NCBI GenBank assembly: GCA_050014495.1
Contig: JBEKDF010000025.1
Coordinates: 1 to 41,000, forward strand
DNA from: Candidatus Bathyarchaeia archaeon
Lineage (GTDB): Archaea; Thermoproteota; Bathyarchaeia; TCS64
Length of the DNA stretch: 41,000 bases
Direction of reading: 5' to 3'
Position numbers and translations under genes: made by a program. Below are positions 1 through 9,214 of the stretch, piece by piece; position 1 is the stretch's first letter, and each line of letters begins with the position of its first letter. The notes below the pieces were generated by a model. The model was not told the DNA's origin. It searched no databases and saw only the letters and a list, made by a program, of their open reading frames with translations.

Positions 1-127
1 AGTAGGTGCCTTACTCTGTGTGGGATGCCTGCTATGAAGCCGAACACGGGTTGATGTAGGTGAATTTAAAAGATAAGCTTTGGACACGGTTATGCCTGAA
101 AACGCAAACAGTCAGTTAATTTGCTTT

Positions 128-139
128 TATGCGCGCGCA
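128..139. repeat. Intergenic alternating purine-pyrimidine GCGC tract
   Basis: TATGCGCGCGCA. Confidence 0.8.
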
Positions 140-203
140 ATTAAGAATCATCAAACTCATATAGTGGGATTATCCATCCATACCTACCCTAGGTCTCATA
201 AAC

Positions 204-770
204 ATGATGTCAACGCGCCAAATCAGCATTATCGCGGTCATGACCGCGGCGTGTGTGGCGACAAACTATCTGCTAATAAGCGTTCCTAACATCAAATTCA
301 TGGACTTAATCGTATTCGTCTCCGGGCTCACCTTCGGCGCAACCGTCGGCTCAGCGGTTGGAGTACTCACCTGGCTGGTCTACGGGACTCTGAACCCATA
401 TGGGTTCTCTCTCCCAATCCTGTTCACCACATCCCTCAGCGAGACCCTCTACGGCTTAGCTGGAGGAATACTGGGGGGGCTAGGATCACCATACATTGTA
501 GATCGAGGTAGGACCCATATGATGACGGAGGGACTGAAGTACGCGACGGTAGGCTTCCTCCTGACCTTCGCATACGACATCATCACCAATGTAGCATCGG
601 CGTACACGCTGGGCCTGCCCCTCATCCCAGTTCTTGTGGCGGGTATACCCTTCTCGATTCTCCACGAGGTCTCGAACGCCGCCTTCTTCTTCCTGGGGGT
701 CACGCCGCTGCTGAGGCTGATCAAGAAACTACCTGAGAGTAACATGGAAACGAGGGTGAAATCGATTTGA
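204..770 (+). CDS. ECF transporter S-component-like membrane protein (CbrT/cobalamin-type candidate)
   Basis: 188 aa with about 6 hydrophobic segments; 'PNIKFMDLIVFVSGLTFG...G..VG' N-terminal pattern typical of ECF S components; overlaps the next gene by 4 nt. Confidence 0.7.
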   Translation: MMSTRQISIIAVMTAACVATNYLLISVPNIKFMDLIVFVSGLTFGATVGSAVGVLTWLVYGTLNPYGFSLPILFTTSLSETLYGLAGGILGGLGSPYIVDRGRTHMMTEGLKYATVGFLLTFAYDIITNVASAYTLGLPLIPVLVAGIPFSILHEVSNAAFFFLGVTPLLRLIKKLPESNMETRVKSI

Positions 771-1219
771 ATGTAAAAACAATATTCCTGTGGTCAACCG
801 TCCTGCTCCTCTGCACAACGATCGTCGGAGGCTACCTGTCTCTTTACTATTACTCGCAGACTCAATCCTACCTGAGTGAGGTCGAGTCCCTCTCAAAGGA
901 GCTGAATGGCGTCACGATGCTTGTTAACTTGAAGCTCGACTATGGGAACGGCACGTTGAGGTGGTTTAACTCAACGAGGGTCCCGATTGATGCGACTCTG
1001 TTGACGGTCTCAAAGATCGACCTCAACGCCAACTACAGCGTAAGTAGCCTCGGGGCGTTCGTGACCTCGATAAACGGGGTTAGCGGCGACCCCCACCACT
1101 ACTGGGCTTGGAGCTATTATGATAAGACTTCAAGGACATGGGTTTCGGGTCCCGTCGGAAGTGACAAGTGGGTTCTCAATGATGGAGACTCGGTGGCGTG
1201 GACATATACAAGCTACTAG
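767..1219 (+). CDS. Membrane-anchored DUF4430 (transcobalamin C-terminal-like) domain protein
   Basis: N-terminal TM anchor, short coiled coil, then 'GAFVTSINGV...YWAWSYY...VGSDKWVLNDGDSVAWTY', characteristic of DUF4430. Confidence 0.75.
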   Translation: MNVKTIFLWSTVLLLCTTIVGGYLSLYYYSQTQSYLSEVESLSKELNGVTMLVNLKLDYGNGTLRWFNSTRVPIDATLLTVSKIDLNANYSVSSLGAFVTSINGVSGDPHHYWAWSYYDKTSRTWVSGPVGSDKWVLNDGDSVAWTYTSY

Positions 1220-1261
1220 ATTTATGCCAAGCTGCTGTTGAATATATCTCTGGTGTTGTGT

Positions 1262-1873
1262 TTGGACGCTGTCTCGATTCTCTACGGCATCGCGGAGAAG
1301 GCTGCGCCGGGTAGGTTTCCAAGCTATTCTCCTGCTCACGCCTTGAAGGCGATTGAGATCATCTCGTCCGGATCCGATGTTGGCAGGCAGCAGCTGGCGA
1401 GTGGCTTGGGGATAGGTGAGGGAGTGGCTCGGACTCTTGTTCGGCGTCTAAGGGGGGAGGGGTTGATCACAATTAGCAGAGGAGGGATGGCTCTGACGGA
1501 GAGGGGCAGGGCGCTGCTCGTGAAGCTACATGGTCGGATTTCTGGCGCGGAGCTCTCGCCGACCGGTTTGACGGTAGGTGCATACGACTACGCTGTGCTT
1601 GTGGTGGGTGTCGCTGGTCGGATAGGTGGTGGAGTCGAGCAGCGTGATTCAGCTCTCCTGGCTGGTGCAAGGGGGGCGACTACTCTGGTTCGCAGAGGTG
1701 AACGGTTTACTTTGCCGGGTCTTGAGGTTGAGCCTTCGCCTATGCTTTCTGAGGAGCTCGCTGAGAAGTTTAGGCCTAGTGATGGGGATGTTGTCATAAT
1801 TGGGACGGCTGATGAGATGCTTGATGCTGAGATAGGGTCCAAGTCAGCTGCTCTCGAGCTGCTTAGAATGTAA
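1262..1873 (+). CDS. Winged-HTH + DUF4443-type archaeal protein (putative regulator)
   Basis: HTH 'GRQQLASGLGIGEGVARTLVRRL' plus 'GVEQRDSALLAGARGATTLV' motif; TTG start at 1262 preferred (ORF opens at 1238). Confidence 0.7.
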   Translation: MDAVSILYGIAEKAAPGRFPSYSPAHALKAIEIISSGSDVGRQQLASGLGIGEGVARTLVRRLRGEGLITISRGGMALTERGRALLVKLHGRISGAELSPTGLTVGAYDYAVLVVGVAGRIGGGVEQRDSALLAGARGATTLVRRGERFTLPGLEVEPSPMLSEELAEKFRPSDGDVVIIGTADEMLDAEIGSKSAALELLRM

Positions 1874-1891
1874 TGATCGTTGCGCGCGCGC

Positions 1892-1984
1892 CCACCCAAA
1901 CATGGGCATTCCATAGGTGTACGGGTACCACACTCTGCTCACCAGCCATAGACCACCGAATACTATGAGGATTAAGCCCAGCGC
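1892..1984 (-). pseudogene. Internal fragment of a membrane-protein gene, bounded by GCGC tracts
   Basis: Minus-strand frame reads (A)ALGLILIVFGGLWLVSRVWYPYTYGMPMFGW with no start in front of the TM segment; flanked by tracts 1881-1891 and 1985-1994. Confidence 0.55.
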
Positions 1985-1995
1985 TGCGCGCGCGA

Positions 1996-2868
1996 TTATG
2001 AAAGGAAAATCTTTTTTCCAGATGCTCTCAAAACGGTCATATGAACAATATTTTTTTCTTCAACATTTTCGAAACAATCTCTAAGTAATGCTAGGGTGGT
2101 TTTCTTATCCGCGTATTCTTTCTCTCTTATATTCTCTCTCTCATGTTTCTCTACAAAGTCGCCTATTGTCAAAGGGTCTTCATAATTGTTTATGTTAACC
2201 GTAGGTATTAGAATTGCGAGTGTACCACTTTTTTTCAACACTCTACACCACTCTCTCATGGCTGCTTGTATAGAATCACTTTTAGGCAAGTAGGTAATTA
2301 CCTCCAGATCTGCGTATCCTTCTTTCAGTGGAATATCCCAATATTCGCCATCTAAAATAGATAGATTATCCAATTGTAGGTTAGTTTCAACTGATCTAGG
2401 CTTCACGAGGTGAATATTTCCTAAAGGTGCACTGCTTCGAAGAGATAATAGCGATTTCTCGATGATTGTTGAGTATATGGGGGTGAAGTAGACGATATTA
2501 ACTATGTTTTTCAATTTTTCGGTGATATAGCTGCCAATATGATTAAAGACGCTAGCCTCAGGAGGTAGATTCAACAGGTATTCGCTATAGAAGATGTGAA
2601 TTGTCTCAATAGCATCTTCAAGTATATTGTCGAGTTCCTTCTCTCCATTCTTACCGAGTCTATACACCCTCTTCTTGGGACCGATTTGGCTCTTCTGCCA
2701 AAGGCTCTCAAGCAGCCCATCCTTCAGCATCTCGTTCAGGATCCTGTAGAGTCGGCTCATCTCAACCTCGACGCTTTGTGATTCGAGTCTTTTATGGACC
2801 TCATAGCCGTGGAGGTCATTTCCCTTGAACATTATTAGGATGATTCTCTTGAGATCGTCAGTTTTCAT
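1996..2868 (-). CDS. PadR-family winged-helix regulator fused to a class I methyltransferase-like domain
   Basis: 'LHGYEV...RLYRILNEMLKDGLLESLW...GPKKRVYRL' (PadR); C-terminal 'IPLKEGYADL...AMREWCRVLKKSGTL' (Methyltransf_11-like); ATG at 2868 with GAGGT RBS. Confidence 0.8.
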   Translation of the reverse strand: MKTDDLKRIILIMFKGNDLHGYEVHKRLESQSVEVEMSRLYRILNEMLKDGLLESLWQKSQIGPKKRVYRLGKNGEKELDNILEDAIETIHIFYSEYLLNLPPEASVFNHIGSYITEKLKNIVNIVYFTPIYSTIIEKSLLSLRSSAPLGNIHLVKPRSVETNLQLDNLSILDGEYWDIPLKEGYADLEVITYLPKSDSIQAAMREWCRVLKKSGTLAILIPTVNINNYEDPLTIGDFVEKHERENIREKEYADKKTTLALLRDCFENVEEKNIVHMTVLRASGKKIFLS

Positions 2869-2980
2869 TACCTCAAACCTCACTATATGCATTTAGTACT
2901 ATAGCTAAAACACCTTATTTGGTTATTACCTCGTGTCAGGTTAAGAATATATGTAGTGAAAAAAGGAACGCGCATGCACA

Positions 2981-3478
2981 ATGAAACTTTTAAGGGATCC
3001 AAATTTTCTAGTCGCACTGGCAATAATTCTGGTGACCATAATTCTATCAGCTGGAGTATCCTTTCATTGGTTTCAATTCAGTTTCTTAGTAGGTCCACTA
3101 ACACTCTCTCATTGGCTAAGTTGGATTGGAGCCATGTTTATCGCATTTTATACGCCTACTTACACTATCCTTAAGCGACGCCGCCCAAAGAGAACCAGAG
3201 ACTTACTTCAAATTCATACCTTGGGTAACCTGTTTGCCTTCATGCTCGTATCGATTCATTATTTCCAGATGACCCCACATGGAACTGGTTTAGCGCTTTA
3301 CATCACTACGTTAATTTTGGTTGCAACGGGCTTCATTTCTAGGTTTCAGTTATTGAAGAATATTGGAGGATATAGCTTAATTAAACCGCACATTAATAGA
3401 TTTATACATATTAGTGTAACCTCAACATTCTATATCGTGATAGTTGTGCATATATTTCAACACTTATTAACTCCATAA
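2981..3478 (+). CDS. Polytopic membrane protein with paired His residues (possible heme-b/ferric-reductase-like TM domain)
   Basis: About 5 TM segments; His pairs in 'IHTLG...SIHYF' and 'IHISV...VHIF'. Confidence 0.55.
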   Translation: MKLLRDPNFLVALAIILVTIILSAGVSFHWFQFSFLVGPLTLSHWLSWIGAMFIAFYTPTYTILKRRRPKRTRDLLQIHTLGNLFAFMLVSIHYFQMTPHGTGLALYITTLILVATGFISRFQLLKNIGGYSLIKPHINRFIHISVTSTFYIVIVVHIFQHLLTP

Positions 3479-3515
3479 TCAACTTTAATGTTACTGATTT
3501 ATTCGAGATATACGT

Positions 3516-3531
3516 TATGCGCGCGCATGTG
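3516..3531. repeat. Intergenic alternating purine-pyrimidine GCGC tract
   Basis: TATGCGCGCGCATGTG. Confidence 0.8.
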
Positions 3532-3538
3532 AGGATAT

Positions 3539-3808
3539 GTGATTGAGTTGGACCAGGTTTTCCTGATCATTCTTCTAGTGGTGAATTTTGTTTCTCTGGT
3601 GTTCTTTGGGCTTGATAAGCTGTGGGCTATGAGGGGTGGGATGAGGATCCCGGAGTCTAGGCTGTTGTTGCTCGCGTTTCTGGGGCCGTTTGGTGCTTAC
3701 ATGGGGATGCTACTCTTCCGGCACAAGACTCGCAAACCCAAGTTTCTGCTGGTGCCATTATTTTTGTTGGTTCAGCTTGTTTTGATGTATTATCTTCACT
3801 TGATTTAA
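3539..3808 (+). CDS. DUF1294 family small membrane protein
   Basis: 'GLDK.WA.RGG.RIPE..LL...FRHKTRKPKF' signature. Confidence 0.85.
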   Translation: MIELDQVFLIILLVVNFVSLVFFGLDKLWAMRGGMRIPESRLLLLAFLGPFGAYMGMLLFRHKTRKPKFLLVPLFLLVQLVLMYYLHLI

Positions 3809-3824
3809 GAGGTAGCTATTTGCG
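3797..3824 (+). repeat. 28-bp element copy 1 (3' end of DUF1294 gene + downstream)
   Basis: CACTTGATTTAAGAGGTAGCTATTTGCG. Confidence 0.65.
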
Positions 3825-4048
3825 AACTTTAAGTACGCTGACAATTTTAATTGGTTGCGCGCCTTTATGCGTGAACATCGCTAAGTCGACCTTTGTGAAC
3901 GCTATAATCGTCGTGCGCGAAAATGAACTCTTTTTTCTGAACATATATGAAATAAATGGCGTTAATCTCGACATATTGTATAATAAATGGCATAATATTC
4001 TTACAAATGTATAAATTTAAGTATGTTAACTAAACAATAGGGAATATT

Positions 4049-4282
4049 TTGTTAGAAGAGGCAATGGTGTTCATAAAAATCCAGCCGGACCTAGATAAGA
4101 GCGTTCTTGGTATACTAAGAGCCCGAAGGGATACTAAGAACGCGTGCCTGCTCTACGGTCCCTATGATGCCTACTTTGAACTGGTGGCTGAGACTCTTAG
4201 TGACATTGAGACCATTATATCGAATATAATCAGAAAGATACCCGGTGTTCGTTCATCTATGACTTGTTTCATTGCGGATTAG
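4049..4282 (+). CDS. Stand-alone Lrp/AsnC ligand-binding (RAM) domain protein
   Basis: 77 aa, 'LYGPYDAYFEL...IRKIPGVRSSMT', no HTH. Confidence 0.8.
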   Translation: MLEEAMVFIKIQPDLDKSVLGILRARRDTKNACLLYGPYDAYFELVAETLSDIETIISNIIRKIPGVRSSMTCFIAD

Positions 4283-4382
4283 AGCTTTTTTAATGAGAAA
4301 ATCTAAAATCTGAAAAAGAGGCCTCTTAATAGGGAAGCTGTAAGCAATACTTCTTCTCTAGGTATATACAATAAATATTGTA

Positions 4383-4862
4383 ATGATCAAGCTACCGAGC
4401 ATCATTCAGCGGGGCGGGGTTCCATTTGAGCAGTGCAACCAGTGTGGTAAGTGCGTGAGTGGTTGCCCAGCGGCTAGGTATCTTGAGTTGAAGCCCCGGA
4501 AGGTGGTTCTGATGGTTCAGCGGGGTAAGGTCGACGAACTTTTGAGATCGGGTTTCATCTGGGAGTGCACCCAGTGCCACCAGTGTATGGAGAGGTGTCC
4601 GAGAGATGTTACTCCTTTCGACATAATTATCACCCTCCAAAATATGGCTGTGAGGGCGGGGCTACCATTCCCCGAAAACCTTAATATGATTTCAAATGCG
4701 ATTAAGAGGCTCAGCACAGTTCAAGGAAACCAGGAAGTCCTCGATAGAGACTTCGAATCCTATGATAGGGTTAGCCTTGGGTTGCCTGAGCTTCAGCCTC
4801 CTGGGGACATTGAGGCATTCAGGAGGGCTCTTGATGAGAGTTTTAGGTGGGAATTGCCGTGA
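4383..4862 (+). CDS. hdrC: Heterodisulfide reductase subunit C-like
   Basis: Two CxxCxxCxxxCP motifs (CNQCGKCVSGCP; WECTQCHQCMERCPR); upstream of hdrB. Confidence 0.9.
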   Translation: MIKLPSIIQRGGVPFEQCNQCGKCVSGCPAARYLELKPRKVVLMVQRGKVDELLRSGFIWECTQCHQCMERCPRDVTPFDIIITLQNMAVRAGLPFPENLNMISNAIKRLSTVQGNQEVLDRDFESYDRVSLGLPELQPPGDIEAFRRALDESFRWELP

Positions 4863-5746
4863 GGTACGCTTTATACCTCGGGTGTTGGATTAGGACCGAG
4901 TTATATAACATCGAGATGTCGACGCGGGAGGTGATGGCCCGGCTGGGGGTGGAGTTAGTCGATGTGCCAGGTTTCAGTTGTTGTGGCTATCCTTTGAGGA
5001 GCTTGAATATGCCGACAATGTTCTACCTCTCGGCGAGGAATCTCGCGCTGGCTGAGAAGGAGGGGCTCGACCTCTTCGCCCTCTGTAACGGTTGTCACGC
5101 CTCCATCTCGGAGGTTAAGCACGCGCTTGACAGGGACCCTCAATTGGTCAAACAGGTAAATGAAAACCTTTCCTCTGAGGGTCTTGAGTACAGGGGTAAT
5201 AGCAGGGTGTTGCACCTCCTGGAGATTCTTAATGGCGAGGTGGGTGTGGAGAAGATACGCGCCTCGTTGACGCATGATCTTGAGGGTTTCAGGTTCGCCC
5301 CACATTACGGGTGTCATGCCCTCAGGCCCAGTGTGGTGGGGAGACCCGAGGACCCGGAAGACCCAAAGATTCTCGATGGCTTGATCCGGACGCTCGGGGC
5401 GGAGGCAGCGTACTATCCGGAGAGGCTCGACTGCTGTGGGTCTAGTCTAGGCCTTCACGATATAGAGGCAGCGCTCAAGATTGCGGGAGGTAAACTAAAC
5501 TCAATCAAGGGGAGGGGCTTTGATGGGATGGTTGTCGTTTGTCCCTTCTGCTATAAGATGTATGACGCTAGGCAGGACATTATAAAGAGGGTCCTCGAGG
5601 ATGAGGAGATTAGAATCCCTGTCTTCTACTATACTCAGCTCCTTGGTTTAGCGATGGGACTGGATGCAAAGAAACTGGGACTCCATCTCAACCAGAGTCC
5701 GGTTGAGCTTGCGATCCAGAAGATGGAGGCGAAGTGGCGTGGATAA
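4859..5746 (+). CDS. hdrB: Heterodisulfide reductase subunit B-like
   Basis: Two CCG domains (YLGC..SCCG..CNGC; HYGCH..DCCG..CPFC), C-terminal 'IPVFYYTQLLGLAMG'; GTG start overlaps hdrC stop. Confidence 0.93.
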   Translation: MRYALYLGCWIRTELYNIEMSTREVMARLGVELVDVPGFSCCGYPLRSLNMPTMFYLSARNLALAEKEGLDLFALCNGCHASISEVKHALDRDPQLVKQVNENLSSEGLEYRGNSRVLHLLEILNGEVGVEKIRASLTHDLEGFRFAPHYGCHALRPSVVGRPEDPEDPKILDGLIRTLGAEAAYYPERLDCCGSSLGLHDIEAALKIAGGKLNSIKGRGFDGMVVVCPFCYKMYDARQDIIKRVLEDEEIRIPVFYYTQLLGLAMGLDAKKLGLHLNQSPVELAIQKMEAKWRG

Positions 5747-7052
5747 AGCGTCCTCGGTTGTGGTTATTGGTGGGGGAATAGCTGGCATACAGGCGTCTCT
5801 AGACCTCGCTGACAGGGGTGTGAGGGTCCACCTAGTTGAGAAGTCGCCCAGCATAGGGGGGAAGATGGCGCTCCTCGATAAGACGTTTCCAACCATGGAT
5901 TGCGCCATCTGCATACTCGCTCCTAAGATGATAGAGGTCTACAGACACCCGAACATCGATCTGCTGACCCTATCCGAAGTGACGTGTATGGAGGGAGATG
6001 CAGGAAACTTCAAGGTCACAGTCACAAAGAAGCCGAGGTACATTAACGAGTCTAAGTGTATAGGGTGCGGCGTCTGCGCATCCAAGTGTCCAACTAAGGT
6101 TCCGGATGAGGCTCAGATGGGGCTATCCATGAGGAAGGCGGCCTACCTCCCGTTCCCGCAGGCGGTGCCTCTCATCTACAGCATAGATGAGAGGAGTTGC
6201 TTATTTCTGACTAAGGGGATATGCAGGGTCTGTGAGAAGTTCTGCGAGGCAGGAGCCATCGACTTCGAGCAGAAAGCGGAGGAGAGGGTGATAGATGCCG
6301 CGAGCATCATTGTTGCCACTGGTCTAGAAACCTACGATCCGTCCCCGTTAAAGGAGTATGGGTATCGGCGCTTCAAGAATGTGGTGACTGCCCTCGAGCT
6401 GGAGAGGATGGTAACCGCAACGGGTCCGACGGGTGGTCAGCTCCTCAGACCATCGGATGGGAGGCACCCAGATAGTGTCGCATTCGTCCAGTGCGTCGGG
6501 TCGCGTAGCCTCTCGGAGGGTTATCCGTACTGCTCAGCAGTGTGTTGCATGCATGCCACGAAGGAGTCAATCCTCGTCAAGGAGCACTCCCCTGAGTCGA
6601 AGGTCACCATCATGTACACGGATATGAGGGCCTTCGGTAAGGGGTTCAGGGAGTTCGTGAACAGGGCGAGGGACGAGTACGGGGTGGAGTACATCAGGGG
6701 TAAGCCAGCGGAGGTGAGGGAGGAGCCTCGGGACGGTGGGCTCTCATTCTGGTACGAGGACACCGAGACCGGGGAGATACATCTGAAGCATGTCGACCTG
6801 CTCGTCCTCTGCACGGCCCTCACACCGAGCCACGACAACAGGAGGTTAGCGGAGATCCTCGGCGTCGAACTCGACGAACACAACTTCTTCGTCCAACCCG
6901 ACCACATGCTCTCACCTCTAGCAACCACGAAGGAGGGGGTCTTCGTCTGCGGTTACTCACAGGGACCGAAGGACATCCCCGACACGATAGCGGAGGCAAG
7001 CGGAGCCACCGCCATGAGTGCGGAGGTCATAAGGAGGGCGATGAGAGGATGA
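5739..7052 (+). CDS. hdrA: HdrA-like FAD/Fe-S protein lacking the N-terminal CHCG domain
   Basis: GGGIAG FAD motif, 'LDKTFPTMDCAICIL', inserted ferredoxin, 'QCVGSR...YCSAVCCM', 'QGPKDIPD'; GTG start at 5739 after GGAGG. Confidence 0.9.
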   Translation: MDKASSVVVIGGGIAGIQASLDLADRGVRVHLVEKSPSIGGKMALLDKTFPTMDCAICILAPKMIEVYRHPNIDLLTLSEVTCMEGDAGNFKVTVTKKPRYINESKCIGCGVCASKCPTKVPDEAQMGLSMRKAAYLPFPQAVPLIYSIDERSCLFLTKGICRVCEKFCEAGAIDFEQKAEERVIDAASIIVATGLETYDPSPLKEYGYRRFKNVVTALELERMVTATGPTGGQLLRPSDGRHPDSVAFVQCVGSRSLSEGYPYCSAVCCMHATKESILVKEHSPESKVTIMYTDMRAFGKGFREFVNRARDEYGVEYIRGKPAEVREEPRDGGLSFWYEDTETGEIHLKHVDLLVLCTALTPSHDNRRLAEILGVELDEHNFFVQPDHMLSPLATTKEGVFVCGYSQGPKDIPDTIAEASGATAMSAEVIRRAMRG

Positions 7053-9214
7053 AGGGAAAGGCGATTAGTGGCAGGGCCACGAACCCCCGGGTCGGGGTCT
7101 TCCTCTGCCACTGTGGTACGAACATCGCAGGCGTCGTAGACGTGCCAAAGGTCGCAGAGTTTGTCAGGACGATACCAAACGTCGTATACGTTGGTGAGAA
7201 TATTCATACCTGCTCCTCTGAAGGGTTGAAGAACATCAAGGAGGCAATAAAGGAGCAGCGACTCGAACGTGTGATCGTCGCTGCTTGTACACCGAGGACT
7301 CACGAGCCCATATTCAGGGAGGCAGTCGAGGAGGCGGGGCTCAACAAGTACCTATTCCAGATGGTGAATATCAGGGAGCACGACTCCTGGGTACATAAGG
7401 ACAAGGCCGCGGCGACTGAGAAGGCGAAGTACCTCGTCCAGATGGCGGTCTCCAAGGCGGTGTATCTCGAGCCAGAGGAGGAGACGGAGATCGACGTCCT
7501 ACCCTCATCCCTAGTCATTGGAGCCGGAGTTTCTGGGATGACTGCTTCGCTATCGTTGGCAGAGCAGGGCTTCGATGTTGTGCTCGTCGAGAAAGAAAAA
7601 GAGACCGGGGGTGTGCTGAGGGACCTGCACACCCTCTTCCCTGGTGTGAGGGAGGCTTCGGAGCTCATCCAGACCCTCGGGGACAAGATTAAGGGGAATG
7701 ACAAGATCCAGCTCCTTACCTCCGCGAGGGTGAAGAGGGTCGACGGGTTCCTTGGGAACTTTGACGTAGAGGTTGAAAAGGATGGAGCCGACCTGAGTAT
7801 GAAGGTGGGGACGATAATCGTCGCTACCGGGGCTGAGCCTCTAACCCCAACCGGGTACTACCTTTATGGTGAGACCCCGGCTGTGATCACCCAGTATGAG
7901 CTTGAGAGGAGGCTCAAGAGCGCCTCAGTGACTCCACCTCAGAGGGTTGTGATGATCCAATGCGTGGGGGCGATGGAGGAGAGAGGTAGGCTCTACTGCT
8001 CGAGGATCTGCTGCGACATCGCTGTGAAGAATGCGTTGAAGCTTATCGACCTGAACCCCTCGACGGAGGTCTACATGATGTATAGGGACCTCATGACATA
8101 TGGCCTCGAGGGAGAGGTCACCTACCAGGAGGCGCTGCGGCGGGGAATAAGATTCGTAAAATTCCAGCAGGAGAAGCCGCCAAACGTAGTAACTACAACT
8201 GGCGGTGCGACTGTTTCCGTTTACGAGCCCTTGCTCGAGTCGGAGACGGTCATCGAGGCGGGGCTAGTGGTTCTCTCGACGCCACTCATCCAGAGGGAAG
8301 AGGGAAAAGCCCTGGCAAAGGTGCTACGCGTCCCGCTAACATCGGATGGATTCTTCCTCGAAGCGCACCCGAAGATGAGGCCCGTAGACTTCAGCTCAGA
8401 CGGCATATTCCTCTGCGGCACGGCGCATGGACCGAAGAACGTCTCTGAGAGTGTAAGCCAGGCCCTCGCGGCGGCTGCTAGGGCAGCCATCCCAATGAGC
8501 AATGGGAAGGTCAAGACCGAGGCCGTCAAGGCGACCCTTGACGAGGAGATGTGCGTAGGCTGTGGTGCCTGCGCCAGCGCTTGTCCATTTGACGCGATCG
8601 AGTGGGGCGCCACCGGTCTCCCGGTGGTAAACGAGGCGTCCTGCAAGGGATGCGGCGTCTGTTCCGTCGAGTGCCCCATGGGGGCGATGCAGTTGAAGTA
8701 CTTCAAGGACAACCAACTCATCCCCGCTGTCGACGGTCTACTCAGCCCGACGCGTTGGCTCGACCCGGGGAAGGAGTCTGAGCCGGTTGTCATATGCTTC
8801 GCGTGTAGGTGGTGCAGCTACGCTGCCGCAGACTTCGCCGGAGTGATGAGACTCAACTACCCTGTGAATGTTAGGATCATCCTCGTCCCCTGCTCCGGTA
8901 GGGTGGACTTCAAACACGTCTTCGAGGCCTTCCAGAGGGGTGCGGATGGCGTCATCATTGCAGGGTGCTTGAAGGAACAATGCCACTACGTGGACGGTAA
9001 CATCATCGCGGAGAGGCGGGTGGATGCAGCGAAGAAGACCCTCAATAACCTTGGGGTAGGTGGCAACAGGCTCGAGATGTTCTTCTGCAGCGCAGGGATG
9101 CCTAGAGAGTTCGCTTCCTTCATGGTGGAGTTCACTGAGAGGATCAAGAGGATGGGCGTACTGAGCAGACAAGATGTCCCCGCCCTGCAGGTGAAGGGAG
9201 TGGAGCATCAATGA
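7049..9214 (+). CDS. hdrA: HdrA-like protein with C-terminal ferredoxin and fused MvhD domain
   Basis: 'VGVFLCHCGTNI', 'AACTPRTHE', 'NIREH', GAGVSG, 'YCSRICC', 2x[4Fe-4S], then MvhD 'CRWCSYAAAD...PCSGR...GC....CHY'. Confidence 0.92.
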   Translation: MKGKAISGRATNPRVGVFLCHCGTNIAGVVDVPKVAEFVRTIPNVVYVGENIHTCSSEGLKNIKEAIKEQRLERVIVAACTPRTHEPIFREAVEEAGLNKYLFQMVNIREHDSWVHKDKAAATEKAKYLVQMAVSKAVYLEPEEETEIDVLPSSLVIGAGVSGMTASLSLAEQGFDVVLVEKEKETGGVLRDLHTLFPGVREASELIQTLGDKIKGNDKIQLLTSARVKRVDGFLGNFDVEVEKDGADLSMKVGTIIVATGAEPLTPTGYYLYGETPAVITQYELERRLKSASVTPPQRVVMIQCVGAMEERGRLYCSRICCDIAVKNALKLIDLNPSTEVYMMYRDLMTYGLEGEVTYQEALRRGIRFVKFQQEKPPNVVTTTGGATVSVYEPLLESETVIEAGLVVLSTPLIQREEGKALAKVLRVPLTSDGFFLEAHPKMRPVDFSSDGIFLCGTAHGPKNVSESVSQALAAAARAAIPMSNGKVKTEAVKATLDEEMCVGCGACASACPFDAIEWGATGLPVVNEASCKGCGVCSVECPMGAMQLKYFKDNQLIPAVDGLLSPTRWLDPGKESEPVVICFACRWCSYAAADFAGVMRLNYPVNVRIILVPCSGRVDFKHVFEAFQRGADGVIIAGCLKEQCHYVDGNIIAERRVDAAKKTLNNLGVGGNRLEMFFCSAGMPREFASFMVEFTERIKRMGVLSRQDVPALQVKGVEHQ

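Noticed and set aside
1..203. Cobalamin riboswitch upstream of the ECF gene
   Set aside because: No B12-box or conserved core recognisable.
3820..4014. 64-aa ORF containing 'AKSTFVNAII' between tracts 3856 and 3912
   Set aside because: Both strands give equally plausible short peptides; cannot support a gene or fragment call.
5739..9214. Selenocysteine recoding in HdrA/MvhD
   Set aside because: The relevant positions are ordinary Cys codons and both frames are uninterrupted.
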